Assembly: GCA_965207225.1 (NCBI GenBank)
Contig: CBDBLV010000005.1
Span: forward strand, 1,984,001 to 2,048,000
DNA from: Dehalococcoidia bacterium
Lineage (GTDB): Bacteria; Chloroflexota; Dehalococcoidia; Plut-88900
Reading direction: 5' to 3'
DNA length: 64,000 nt
In this document: positions 43,301 through 52,757 of the stretch, piece by piece
How positions within the stretch are numbered: the first letter of the stretch is position 1
Layout: every line of letters starts with the position of its first letter
The notes under the pieces: generated by a model
Told to the model about the DNA's origin: nothing
Database searches by the model: none
What the model saw: the letters and a program-made list of their open reading frames with translations, nothing else
Program-made: the position numbers and the translations under genes

Positions 43301-44958
43301 GACCCGCGGGACTGGAAGCTCAGATCATCCGCATCCTGGCCGACATGCCCTACCTCAATCGCCGGGAGATGGTCCCGGTCACGGGCCGGTCCAAGGGCGC
43401 GGTCCACGAGGCCGTAGAGAGACTGCAAAATGGCGGCCTCTGCGACTCCGTGCTCCACGCCGTCGATCCCTTTTCCCCTTCCCGCAGGTTCCACCTCACC
43501 GGGGCGGGGCTGCGCAGGCTTGCAGATGAGGACGGGATTTCGCCGGACAACCTGGTGCGTACACACCCCCTCTCCGCCGAGTGGCGGCGAAGCCTGATGG
43601 AGCGCATGGACGCCCTGGCTTCCATATACCACGTCGCATCTCTCGCTTCCGACGTTGCCTACCCCCTGCGTTTCCGCTGGTACCGCTCATCCAAGCTGGA
43701 CGCGGGTATAGAACTTCCCGACGGCAGGACCGTCGGCATCGTGAGGCAGGGACTCACCGCCGACCGCTCGGTCTTCGCCCAGCGCCTCTGGCGACTGAAG
43801 GACGAACCCATGCCCGGAGTCGTCCTCGTCCTCACGATGGACGCCGTCCGTCTCAGGCACGCCCGCAGGATGCTCTCGACCACAGACGTTCCGTCCCTCC
43901 TGGCCGTCGAACGCGAGACGGTCATGGCCGACGTAGACGCCCCGATCTGGACTCCGGCCCAGGTCCACGCAGCCGTGAGCCTGCGCTATTCGTTGGACAG
44001 GACCGACCCCCGCGGCGCGTTTCCGGGGGAGCCGCAGCCCGGACTGGCGTCGGTCCCTGCCGACCTGCCCGTCATGGGAACGGTAGCCGACATGGCCGAC
44101 CACATGCTGCCCGTGACGCTCAGACCCGCCGAGAAGCGCGCCCTCGACCTGGTTTTCGACTGGCCCTGGATCGCCCTCGGCGAACTCGCCGGTCTGTTGG
44201 GCGTCTCGCCCCAGAGGGCTTCCCAGATCGTCAATCCACTGGAGGGCTTCAGCCTCGTCGTCAGGCCCCGCGAAGCGGAGGGACGGCTGGCCCTCACCGA
44301 CCGGGGACTGGCCCTCCTCGCCCGCAGGGACAGGACCTCGGTGGCGGCGGCGAGGAGGAGATTGAGCGTCGCCCCGGAGGACGCCAAAGGGCCTTTCGAG
44401 TGGCGCAACCTCACCGGCAGCAGGAGCCGCCAGCTTCTCAGGAACATCGAGCACACCGAGGCCGTCCACGTCTTCCTGTCCGCGCTTGCGGCCCAGGCCC
44501 GGCACCTGGGCTGGGAGATAGCGCAGCTCGACCCGCCCAGGAGGGCGTCCCGCCACTTCCGCCACGACGAACGGATGCGCGCCGTCTACCCCGACGCCTT
44601 CGGCGTCCTGCGCAGGGGCGAAGAGACGTGGGCCTTCTTCCTGGAGTGGGAGCGAAGGGCCGTTCGGCCCTCGACGATGGCGACGCGGCTCGCCCCCTAT
44701 CTGCGCTACTACTCGTCCCACAGGCCCACCGACGACCACGGGGCCAGACCCGCCGTTCTCATCGTCTTCGACGACGACATCGCCGCCACCCACTTCCTGC
44801 GCGTGGCGAGGGAGCGGATGCAGGCCAGCCGGGTCACGGTCCCCCTGTGGGTCTCCCACAAAGAAGCCATCGACTCCCTGGGACCGCTGGGACGCGCCTG
44901 GCGCACCCCGGACGCCGCCTGGGAGCCGCCCCAGTCCCTGCCGACGGAAGCGAAATGA
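43297..44958 (+). CDS. Replication-relaxation (Replic_Relax) family protein with winged helices
   Basis: EHTEAV...YPDAFG...FFLEWERRA; follows the coupling protein; homolog of 53260-55089. Confidence 0.7.
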   Translation: MRPAGLEAQIIRILADMPYLNRREMVPVTGRSKGAVHEAVERLQNGGLCDSVLHAVDPFSPSRRFHLTGAGLRRLADEDGISPDNLVRTHPLSAEWRRSLMERMDALASIYHVASLASDVAYPLRFRWYRSSKLDAGIELPDGRTVGIVRQGLTADRSVFAQRLWRLKDEPMPGVVLVLTMDAVRLRHARRMLSTTDVPSLLAVERETVMADVDAPIWTPAQVHAAVSLRYSLDRTDPRGAFPGEPQPGLASVPADLPVMGTVADMADHMLPVTLRPAEKRALDLVFDWPWIALGELAGLLGVSPQRASQIVNPLEGFSLVVRPREAEGRLALTDRGLALLARRDRTSVAAARRRLSVAPEDAKGPFEWRNLTGSRSRQLLRNIEHTEAVHVFLSALAAQARHLGWEIAQLDPPRRASRHFRHDERMRAVYPDAFGVLRRGEETWAFFLEWERRAVRPSTMATRLAPYLRYYSSHRPTDDHGARPAVLIVFDDDIAATHFLRVARERMQASRVTVPLWVSHKEAIDSLGPLGRAWRTPDAAWEPPQSLPTEAK

Positions 44959-45280
44959 ACGACGCAGGGAGCGTCGCGAAAACTCCCGCTCAATACCCGA
45001 TAGGAGATGGAAAGCCGATGCGTTCACCGGATAACGATATAGCAAGAGGCCCCCGGAGGAGCGGAGGACGGAGCGCCGTCCGGCTCGACGCGGCGGCCCT
45101 GGGAGACGGCTCACTTCGGTGATCACCTCCCGGAACCGGCCCGCCGGGGTCGATACAGACAGACCCGGTCCCATGTCGAAGTCGGCGCGTGGGGAGCGAC
45201 CGCCCTCCGGTCGCATCCGCCGCCGGATGCACATGGCCTTGGGAACAACAACCCAAAGCTTTATGACATGGAGGATAGAC

Positions 45281-45571
45281 ATGACCAACATCGATCACAT
45301 CGACGGATGGAGCGAGATGGAGCCCCTTCAGGGCGCCGACATGCCCGAGGACTTCCCCCAGCGGCTCGTGCGCCTCAAGGAGGCCAGCGGCCTCTCCTGG
45401 CGCGGCCTGTGCAGGGTCACCGGCATCGACTACAAGCTGCTGCGAAGGTGGCTCAAGGGCTGGGCGCCCAGCGGAGGCTCCATGCTCACCCTGGTCATCT
45501 TCGCCAACCGCATCGGATGCCTTCCGATCCTCCTGGGGGAGGAGCTACGGATGACCCACTTCAGGAGCTAG
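45281..45571 (+). CDS. XRE-type HTH protein
   Basis: FPQRLVRLKEASGLSWRGLCRVTGIDYKLLRRW; RBS GGAGG. Confidence 0.7.
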   Translation: MTNIDHIDGWSEMEPLQGADMPEDFPQRLVRLKEASGLSWRGLCRVTGIDYKLLRRWLKGWAPSGGSMLTLVIFANRIGCLPILLGEELRMTHFRS

Positions 45572-45737
45572 CCGGCACCCCCCGCCGGCGCCCTAACCGG
45601 CGCATCGGCGGCGCGGCGGGGTAGGACACCACAACGCCGCCGGGCGCTCGCACCCATCCGTCCGTGCCCGGCGGCCACCCAATACACCTGTAACGAGAGG
45701 CCAGCGGCCCAACGAACCGCCGCTGAGATTAGGCAAC

Positions 45738-45956
45738 ATGAAAGACACCAATAGAGAAGATACGAGGAACCGGCAAAAGAAGAGGCCGGGGAGGGATGCT
45801 CCCGAGTCATCCTCCGACAGGCCGGTGGAGTCCTATACTCCTCAGCAGCGGAGGACGATACGCAAGGGGCTGCGCATCCTGGCCAAGGTCGCCGTCCGCG
45901 CCCACATGCGCAGGAACGCGGCTCACTCAGAGGATGACGGCGAGGGCAGGCGGTGA
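45738..45956 (+). CDS. Small basic hypothetical protein
   Basis: 72-aa ORF with amphipathic helix IRKGLRILAKVAVRAHM. Confidence 0.5.
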   Translation: MKDTNREDTRNRQKKRPGRDAPESSSDRPVESYTPQQRRTIRKGLRILAKVAVRAHMRRNAAHSEDDGEGRR

Positions 45957-46017
45957 ACGTCCCGCCCAACCTTGTCCCCGGCAGACTCGTTGGAGATGGC
46001 CGCGTGAAGCTAGCATC

Positions 46018-46046
46018 TTGGCATAGCACGAAAGCCGTGCTATTAT
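46018..46046 (+). promoter_or_regulatory. higBA promoter with palindromic operator, probably leaderless
   Basis: TTGGCA-17-TATTAT; ATAGCACG-N5-CGTGCTAT at 46023-46043; ATG begins 7 nt after the -10 box. Confidence 0.7.
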
Positions 46047-46052
46047 GTACTT

Positions 46053-46346
46053 ATGATTGTCTCATTCAGAGACGGCGGTACAGAGGACATCTTCAACGGG
46101 CAATCCACTCAAGCGGCCCTGCGGGCATGTCCCATGCCGATATGGGGAGTGGCTCATCGAAAGCTTGACCAGATCGATTCCGCCTCCGTTCTGGGAGACC
46201 TCAGAATACCTCCCGGCAACCGCCTGGAACGGCTGGCCGGAGATCGAAGCGGGCAACACAGTATTCGCGTCAACGACAGGTATCGAATCTGCTTCACGTG
46301 GACACCTGCCGGACCCGCCGACGTCGAAATCACCGACTATCACTGA
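46053..46346 (+). CDS. higB: HigB toxin (RelE/ParE family)
   Basis: DLRIPPGNRLERLAGDRSGQHSIRVNDRYRICF. Confidence 0.9.
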   Translation: MIVSFRDGGTEDIFNGQSTQAALRACPMPIWGVAHRKLDQIDSASVLGDLRIPPGNRLERLAGDRSGQHSIRVNDRYRICFTWTPAGPADVEITDYH

Positions 46347-46354
46347 AGAGGAGA

Positions 46355-46720
46355 ATGAGCATGGTACGCATTCCCACCGATCGAGAGCCTACGCATCCGG
46401 GCGAGATGCTTCTGACGGAGTTCCTGCTGCCCCTCGGAATGACTCAGCGCGACCTGTCCAATGCCATTCACGTGCCCTATCAGAGGGTCAACGAAGTCGT
46501 CCGAGGGAAGCGGGGGGTCACGCCAAGCACCGCCCTGAGGCTCTCTAGGTTCTTCGGCACTTCGCCCGGCTTTTGGATGAACCTGCAACTCCGTTGGGAC
46601 CTCTACCACGCCGAGCGTTCCGAGGCTGAACAGATCGAGGGCATCCTTCCGCGTGAAATGGTCAGCGCGCTTGGGGAAGACACGGGTTCGATGACGACGA
46701 TGCCGGGTGTTGCAGGCTAG
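46355..46720 (+). CDS. higA: HigA antitoxin
   Basis: PTHPGEML...ALRLSRFFGTSPGFWMNLQ. Confidence 0.9.
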   Translation: MSMVRIPTDREPTHPGEMLLTEFLLPLGMTQRDLSNAIHVPYQRVNEVVRGKRGVTPSTALRLSRFFGTSPGFWMNLQLRWDLYHAERSEAEQIEGILPREMVSALGEDTGSMTTMPGVAG

Positions 46721-46764
46721 TAGTGGCCCACGGGAACGACAGGAAACAGGAGGAGGACTCACAG

Positions 46765-48696
46765 ATGAACAATAGAAGCGACTACACCCCCGTGGCCCTC
46801 TACGCCAGGGTCTCCAGCGACAGACAGGACGTGGACCTGTCCGTGGCCGCACAGCTGCGGGCGCTCAGGGAATACGCCCATAAGAACGACTACGTGGTCG
46901 TCCGCGAGTACGTGGACGAGGCCGAGAGCGGGCGCGTCGCCGACCGCCCGGAGTTCCGCAAGATGATCGACGAGGCCGCCAAGCCCGAGGCCCCGTTTAG
47001 AGAAATCCTTGTCTGGAAATTTAGTAGATTCACCAGAAAGCGCGAGCACGCCGTCGCCTTCAAGTCCATGCTCAGGCGAAAAGGCGTCCGCGTCGTCTCC
47101 ATCACCGAGCAGGCCGACGACACCGCCACCGGCAGGCTCCTTGAGGGAATCATCGAGTCGGTCGATGAGTTTTACTCGGAAAATCTTGCGGAAGAGGTTC
47201 GCCGTGGGATGCGGGAGGCCGCTTCCAGAGGCTTCTGGGTCGCCAGCCGGACGCCCTACGGCTACAACCGCGTCATGGTGCAGGACGGAGCCAAGAAGCG
47301 GCCCACACTGGAGATCGACCCTGACACTGCTCCCGTCGTCAAGCGCATCTTCGACATGGCCGAGTCGGCCACCGGGATGACCGAAATCACCCGCACACTC
47401 AACTCAGAGGGCATCGCCAGCGCCACCGGCAAGCTCTGGTCCAAGAACGGCGTCCACTTCATCCTCAGAAACGAGGTCTACACGGGCACGCTGCTCTGGG
47501 GCACTACAGGGAAGGTCAAGTCCGACCCCGTACGCATAGAGAAGGCGTTCCCCGCCGTCGTCTCCAAGGCCCAATTCAACCGCGTCAAGCGGCTCATGCG
47601 CTCCCGCGCGCCGAAGAGGACGCACCCTCGCAGGGTGGGAAGCTCCTACCTGCTCAGCGGGCTGGTCAGGTGCAAGTCCTGCAACAGGGCGCTCTCAGGC
47701 CAGGACGCCAAGAGCGGCCAGTTCGCCTACTACGTCTGCCAGTCCATCATGAAGCGGGGCAAGAACGCTTGCACGACCCCCAGGCTCAACGCACGACGCT
47801 TCGAGGAGATGGTGGTGGAGAGGATACGGGAGAACGTCCTCACCGAGTCCAACATCACCGAACTGGTCAAGATCGTGGACGAGGAGATGGATGGGGTGGC
47901 AGCGGAGCAGCGGCAGAAGCTGGAGACCATCGAGGCCGAGCTTGATGAGGTCAAGCGCAAGCTGGGCCGCGTCTGGCACCTGGTGGAGAACACCGACCTC
48001 GACATGGCCGACGCCTCGGAACGCATCAGGGAGCACCGGGAGCGTCAACAGTGCCTTGAGGACTCGGCGGCCGAGGCCAGGACCATCCTCTCCCAGCGCA
48101 GGGAGGTTTTGGACGACGTGGAAACCATCGCCACCTATGCCCAGGACATGAGCGAGTTCCTGAAGGAGAGCGAACTGACCGAGCGCAGGGCCTTCATCGA
48201 GTCTTTCGTCAAGGAGATCGTCGTCATGCCCGACAACGCCCTCCTCCGGTACACCATCCCCATGCCTCAGGATGGACCGGTAGGAGGGAAAACCGCCGAG
48301 GAGATGGACCTGAACGGCTCGGTTCTGTCTACCGTCAAAAATGGTGGGCCGGACTGGACGAAATCAAGAACCGATGCCGACTCCCGCCTCACTCCGTCCC
48401 TGGGCATGGGCACCGTGTACGTCAGCGTCGCCTCGTCTTCCACCACCTCGATAGCCTCCACGAAGTTGCGGATGAGGGCCTTGCGTTCGGGGATCGTCCC
48501 CTCCCTCAGGAACTCCCGGAAGTCCGCCACGTACTCCGCTATCTCCTCCGTGTCGGGAAGGGCAACCCGCCGCCGCTCAAGCTGGGTCTCGGCGTCCTCT
48601 CTCGCAGCCTCAAGCTGCTCCTCACGGTGCCGCAGGGACATGATGCGGGGCGACAGCACCTCCAAGGTCAGGTCGCTGGTCTCGATGGCCTCGTAG
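46765..48696 (+). CDS. Large serine integrase A; native part ends at 48350, then reads through antisense to integrase B
   Basis: YARVSS, CKSC Zn ribbon; ...VLSTVKNGG then antisense-derived tail; RBS AGGAGGA. Confidence 0.9.
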   Translation: MNNRSDYTPVALYARVSSDRQDVDLSVAAQLRALREYAHKNDYVVVREYVDEAESGRVADRPEFRKMIDEAAKPEAPFREILVWKFSRFTRKREHAVAFKSMLRRKGVRVVSITEQADDTATGRLLEGIIESVDEFYSENLAEEVRRGMREAASRGFWVASRTPYGYNRVMVQDGAKKRPTLEIDPDTAPVVKRIFDMAESATGMTEITRTLNSEGIASATGKLWSKNGVHFILRNEVYTGTLLWGTTGKVKSDPVRIEKAFPAVVSKAQFNRVKRLMRSRAPKRTHPRRVGSSYLLSGLVRCKSCNRALSGQDAKSGQFAYYVCQSIMKRGKNACTTPRLNARRFEEMVVERIRENVLTESNITELVKIVDEEMDGVAAEQRQKLETIEAELDEVKRKLGRVWHLVENTDLDMADASERIREHRERQQCLEDSAAEARTILSQRREVLDDVETIATYAQDMSEFLKESELTERRAFIESFVKEIVVMPDNALLRYTIPMPQDGPVGGKTAEEMDLNGSVLSTVKNGGPDWTKSRTDADSRLTPSLGMGTVYVSVASSSTTSIASTKLRMRALRSGIVPSLRNSRKSATYSAISSVSGRATRRRSSWVSASSLAASSCSSRCRRDMMRGDSTSKVRSLVSMAS

Positions 48697-49913
48697 AGCT
48701 TCCCCAGACGCCTCTGCACGTCCGATAGCTCCGCCTCGACTGACTCCAGCCTGCCGGACAGCTCTCCAGCCATGGCGTCTATCTCCTCCGCCACCAGTTG
48801 CACCAGCTCCACGATGGTCTCCTCGGTCAGGATGCGCTCCCGTATCTTCTCCACCACGAAGTCCTCGACCTTGGGGGCGTTCAGGTAGCGGGCGCTGCAC
48901 GTCCCCGCTCCCTCCCTGAACAGCGTCCCGCAGATGTAGTAGGCGAACTGCCCGCTCTTGGCTCCCTGGGCCGAGTAGGGCCTGCCGCACACTCCGCACT
49001 TCAGCAGCCCGCTCAGCAGGTACTGGCTCCCCACTCTACCGGGCCTCTGCACCTTCGGCGCACGCTCGCTCATCGCCTGCTGCACCTCGTCGAACAGCTC
49101 CCGCGACACCAGGGCAGGCCACGCTCCCTCCACCCGCACCGGGTCCTGGGCCTTCTCGTTCTTGCCCTTGAGTCCCCATACGGCTGTTCCCGTATAGGCT
49201 TCGTTCCTCAGCACGTAGTGGAGTCCGCCCTTGTACCAGCGCTTCCCCCGGTTGGTGACGCCCCGGTCGTTCAGCTCCCTACACAGCTCCTTGAGGCCGT
49301 GACCGCTCAGGGACTTCTCGAATATCTCCTTCACTACAGGAGCGGTGGCCGGGTCAACCTCAAGTGAGGGGCGCTCCTTCGCCCCGTCCTGTACCTTGAT
49401 CTTCCTGTAGCCGAAGGGGGCCTTGGAGCCGAGGAAGAAGCCTCTCGACGCCGCTTCCCTCATCCCCCTGACAACCTCTTCCGCAAGACTCTCCGAATAG
49501 AATTCATCCACCGACTCGATGATGCCCTCCAGCAGCCTGCCGGTGACGGTGTCGTCGGCCTGCTCGGTGATGGAGATCACCCTGATGCCCTTGCGCCTAA
49601 GCTGGGACTTGAACGCGACGGCGTGCTCCCGCTTGCGGGTGAAGCGCGAGAATTTCCACACCAAGATGACCTCAAAAGGAGCCTGGGGCTTGGAGCCCTC
49701 CTCGATCATCTCCCGGAACTGGGGCCGGTCGGCGACCCTGCCGCTCTCGGCCTCGTCCACGTACTCCCGTGTCACGGAGTAGCCGTTGGCCTTCGCATAT
49801 TCCTTGAGCGCCCGCAGCTGGGCGGACACGGACAGGTCCACGTCCTGCCTGTCGCTGGACACCCTGGCGTAGAGTGCCGCCGCCGTCAGCGGCTGTAGGT
49901 GCTGCTTCTTCAT
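48267..49913 (-). CDS. Large serine integrase B; native part ends ~48345, then reads through antisense to integrase A
   Basis: ~94% aa identity (by eye) to 4772-6340; ends VLDFVQSGPP. Confidence 0.9.
   Translation of the reverse strand: MKKQHLQPLTAAALYARVSSDRQDVDLSVSAQLRALKEYAKANGYSVTREYVDEAESGRVADRPQFREMIEEGSKPQAPFEVILVWKFSRFTRKREHAVAFKSQLRRKGIRVISITEQADDTVTGRLLEGIIESVDEFYSESLAEEVVRGMREAASRGFFLGSKAPFGYRKIKVQDGAKERPSLEVDPATAPVVKEIFEKSLSGHGLKELCRELNDRGVTNRGKRWYKGGLHYVLRNEAYTGTAVWGLKGKNEKAQDPVRVEGAWPALVSRELFDEVQQAMSERAPKVQRPGRVGSQYLLSGLLKCGVCGRPYSAQGAKSGQFAYYICGTLFREGAGTCSARYLNAPKVEDFVVEKIRERILTEETIVELVQLVAEEIDAMAGELSGRLESVEAELSDVQRRLGKLYEAIETSDLTLEVLSPRIMSLRHREEQLEAAREDAETQLERRRVALPDTEEIAEYVADFREFLREGTIPERKALIRNFVEAIEVVEDEATLTYTVPMPRDGVRRESASVLDFVQSGPPFLTVDRTEPFRSISSAVFPPTGPS
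48321..48372. other. Hybrid att junction: A arm + shared core + B arm
   Basis: GGTTCTGTCTACCGTCAAAA-ATGGTGGGCCG-GACTGGACGAAATCAAGAACC. Confidence 0.85.
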
Positions 49914-49956
49914 GTCGTCCTCCTCTGCAATCTTCTGTACTTAGGGGAGGCCAGCC

Positions 49957-51003
49957 TTAGGCCAGCCCCCAGGGGTAAGATTCACCTTTGACATATGAAA
50001 TGGAACCGTCCAACCTCACCGTGATTACGGCGTCGAAGGCCGATAGGTCGCACCCATCCCAGGCTGCGGACTCCGTGCCACCGATAGAATCTACGATGTC
50101 CACTAGTAAGAGGCAGAAGCGAGAGTATTCTGGGCATTCGGCTCGCTTACCTGCTTTGTCGTTGACCTCCTCCTGTAAAACTTCACCGACCTTGTCGTTC
50201 GTTATGAAGTTCCGGAAGACATTGTTCCGTCCCCTAGCGTCCAGTTCTCGATTCACCTCCACATAAGAGACCATGCCAGATTCTACGCGTGCAACCTCAA
50301 CTGCCCATTCCTGCCCTTCCACGAGGAGTTCAAAGTCGGGAAAGCTATTCCCGAGAGGTTCGTATCGATATTTCAGGTCTTCTTGTGAGATGCCGAAACG
50401 CGAACATAGGTCAACACGGAGTGAATGGAGAGCGAAGTGCTCCATGTCTTCCTTGGAAGCATACGCGGGCGAGAATCGAAGCCCGTCCAACCGGTCGCTT
50501 TCTACGAGACGCTGTACGGCAGGGTCCGTTGGGTTGACCAGGCCGATGACGATGCTGTCTTGACTCATGTATTCGTCCTCGAAGAGGTCTACCCTGAACG
50601 CGAAGGTTTCCTTCATGTGGTGAACGCTCAATAGTTTTCGATTGTCGGTAGACAAGGGAAGATGAGACAGGATTGAGGTCAACTTCTCCCGCTTCATTGG
50701 GTGATAACGGATGAGTACGCTATCGCATCCATGGACCCAGTCCATGTCATTCTGGGAGATGATGTGTGACACCTCTTCCCTCAGAAATCCAAGAGTCAGT
50801 TTTCTCCCGTTGGCTGGGGTATGTGGGACAGACTCGGAGAGATCTTTGGATTCTAAGGCGGCCCTCAAAGAGTTCGACGCACGCCGGTACTCATTGACGG
50901 TGCTTCCCTGTTTACCCGGAATCAAGACAAACTGATACCAGGGCAACTTCTGGTATTCAGGGTCTTCCTTCTTCACATACTTGGTCGGAAAGGCGGATGT
51001 CAT
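49957..51003 (-). CDS. Hypothetical protein with C-terminal PD-(D/E)XK-like motif
   Basis: FPDFELLVEGQEWAVEVAR; lower GC than flanks. Confidence 0.65.
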   Translation of the reverse strand: MTSAFPTKYVKKEDPEYQKLPWYQFVLIPGKQGSTVNEYRRASNSLRAALESKDLSESVPHTPANGRKLTLGFLREEVSHIISQNDMDWVHGCDSVLIRYHPMKREKLTSILSHLPLSTDNRKLLSVHHMKETFAFRVDLFEDEYMSQDSIVIGLVNPTDPAVQRLVESDRLDGLRFSPAYASKEDMEHFALHSLRVDLCSRFGISQEDLKYRYEPLGNSFPDFELLVEGQEWAVEVARVESGMVSYVEVNRELDARGRNNVFRNFITNDKVGEVLQEEVNDKAGKRAECPEYSRFCLLLVDIVDSIGGTESAAWDGCDLSAFDAVITVRLDGSISYVKGESYPWGLA

Positions 51004-51049
51004 GAAGTTTTCCTAATCTCGCTGGGGGTTCCGAATCGTGGTTCGCAAC

Positions 51050-51382
51050 TTAACTCACCAGGACGCCTATCGTGGTGCCAAGGGCGCTGGCGATGCGTAC
51101 CAGGGCCGAGGCCGATCCGGGTTTCAGCCCGCGCTCAATCTCGGAGAGGTACCCTGAGGCAAGGCCGGTCCTCTCGGACAACTCCCTCAGGGTCATGCCC
51201 TGGTGGTTCCGAAGCGCCTGGATGGGACCCTTCCCCCGCATGATGTCGAGAGCGACCTCGTGAGGGACGCGCACGCCGTCGTCGGCGTCCTGGGCAGCCA
51301 GCATGTCCTCAAGCTGGCTGTTGCGCTCGATGAGAGCGTCGTACTCCCTTCGAGTCAAGGTTACGGTCTGTTCGCTAGTCAT
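51050..51382 (-). CDS. XRE HTH antitoxin
   Basis: IQALRNHQGMTLRELSERTGLASGYLSEIERG. Confidence 0.85.
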   Translation of the reverse strand: MTSEQTVTLTRREYDALIERNSQLEDMLAAQDADDGVRVPHEVALDIMRGKGPIQALRNHQGMTLRELSERTGLASGYLSEIERGLKPGSASALVRIASALGTTIGVLVS

Positions 51383-51632
51383 AAGCCTCCCTCCTGTGTC
51401 GAACTCTCAGGATTATGAGGGTTGAGGGCTCGCCATGTTCGGTGGCGAAGATGACGCGGTGTTGGCCGACCCGCAACCGGCTGTAGTCACTGCCGGTCAG
51501 CGCAGTCACCTGTCTGGCGAGAGAGGCGGGGTTCTCGGCATATTGCTCAACCTTGCCGATGATGCGCTCCCTGTCCCGCGCGGCGAGACGGCGCATATCC
51601 CTGATGGCCCGCGTCCCCCATTCGATTTGCAT
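51375..51632 (-). CDS. relE: RelE/ParE family toxin
   Basis: IEWGTRAIRDMRRL...RLRVGQHRVIF...VRHRREAY. Confidence 0.85.
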   Translation of the reverse strand: MQIEWGTRAIRDMRRLAARDRERIIGKVEQYAENPASLARQVTALTGSDYSRLRVGQHRVIFATEHGEPSTLIILRVRHRREAYD

Positions 51633-51861
51633 TCCCTCATACACACCCTCTATATTCGCAAATAGAGAGCAGTGAGTCAAGGGCGCACCCACGCGGGCAG
51701 CGTCTCTAGTTTCAGCTAGAGTGATTTCCGAAAGCCGCCTCATCCGCCACTTTCGCAGGACGGTCAGCAACCGGCGCAGTGCTTGAATCTCGTATTTCGC
51801 TCGCTCTGGTTGCATACCCTCACCCCAGGCAGCATTCTCCCTTCAAACTGAGACACTACCC

Positions 51862-52296
51862 TCACGCGACCAGCCGCCACGTGAGCAGACCAACGACCAC
51901 GAGCAGCACGACAACGGCCAGGCCGAGCCTGACGGCCAACCGCCTCATTCGTCTGCGGGCATCGCGCTCCTTCTCGTACTTCTCCTCCATCTCCTCAAGC
52001 GCCTGCCGGTCGGCGGCTGCGGCGTACACCGCCTCGTCCCGCTCCCGCTCCAACGCCTGCGCCCGCCGATCCAGCTCCAGCAGCCTCCGCCCAAGCTTCC
52101 CCTCACGTGCCAGAGCCCGGCGCAGCAGCTCCTCGTCGCTCACCCGGTCCGGCCCCTCCATCCGCACGTTGACCCTCCGGCCCTCCCTGCGCACCTCGAC
52201 CTCTCCCCGCCGGATCATCCGGTCGAGGGTCGAGATGGAGACCTCCATCTCCCGCGCCGCCTCCGCCTTCGCCACCCAGCGCACCCGCTCAGCCAT
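51862..52296 (-). CDS. Excisionase-like HTH + coiled coil + TM protein
   Basis: Paralog of 228-662, same length. Confidence 0.8.
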   Translation of the reverse strand: MAERVRWVAKAEAAREMEVSISTLDRMIRRGEVEVRREGRRVNVRMEGPDRVSDEELLRRALAREGKLGRRLLELDRRAQALERERDEAVYAAAADRQALEEMEEKYEKERDARRRMRRLAVRLGLAVVVLLVVVGLLTWRLVA

Positions 52297-52729
52297 CGCT
52301 CCCGTCCTCGCCCTGCCGCCTGCGCCGCCGCCACCGGCTGAACAGGCGCAGCCCACCGCCCTCGGCGTCGTCTTCCTGCTCCCGCGCCGCCTCCAGGGCC
52401 TCCACGCGCTCCGTCAGGTCATCCACGAGGTTCCTGAGATCATCCACCTCTCTGATCGCCTGCCGCATCCTCCCCTCCAGCCTGTCCAGGGGCGTCGTCC
52501 TCTCCCCATCGGGATCGTCCAGGCCGGCCATGAACCGCTGCACGGCCAGGGTCATCTTGCTCGTCAACCGCTCTTTGCTCAGGGCCAGGGCCACCGTCTT
52601 CCGGTTCACACCCAGCAGGGCCGCCGTCCTGCGCTGACCCTCCCGCTGGACGAGGTACTCCACGACCCACTTCTGGTCGGGTCGCCCGTCTACGGCCTTC
52701 GATTTCATCTTCGACTTCCCAGAGGTCAT
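52289..52729 (-). CDS. HTH/coiled-coil element core protein
   Basis: GQRRTAALLGVNRKTVA; paralog of 2-235. Confidence 0.75.
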   Translation of the reverse strand: MTSGKSKMKSKAVDGRPDQKWVVEYLVQREGQRRTAALLGVNRKTVALALSKERLTSKMTLAVQRFMAGLDDPDGERTTPLDRLEGRMRQAIREVDDLRNLVDDLTERVEALEAAREQEDDAEGGGLRLFSRWRRRRRQGEDGSDG

Positions 52730-52757
52730 CTTCGTCCTCTACCGAGATGGGCCGTTT

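Larger units (their letters stand above)
19423..48350 (+). mobile_element. Element A: ~29 kb ICE-like integrative conjugative element
   Basis: 9-bp direct repeat at both ends with complementary attP arms; serine integrase, VirB4, VirD4, VirB6-like, pilins, Replic_Relax, TA modules. Confidence 0.85.

Noticed and set aside
40889-45291. Long alternative-frame and antisense ORFs (e.g. 40889-42598, 43687-45291) and similar ones elsewhere
   Set aside because: Shadow ORFs of high-GC genes with no recognisable motifs
48351-48696. Extended C-terminal domain of integrase A
   Set aside because: Antisense read-through of integrase B created by the att junction
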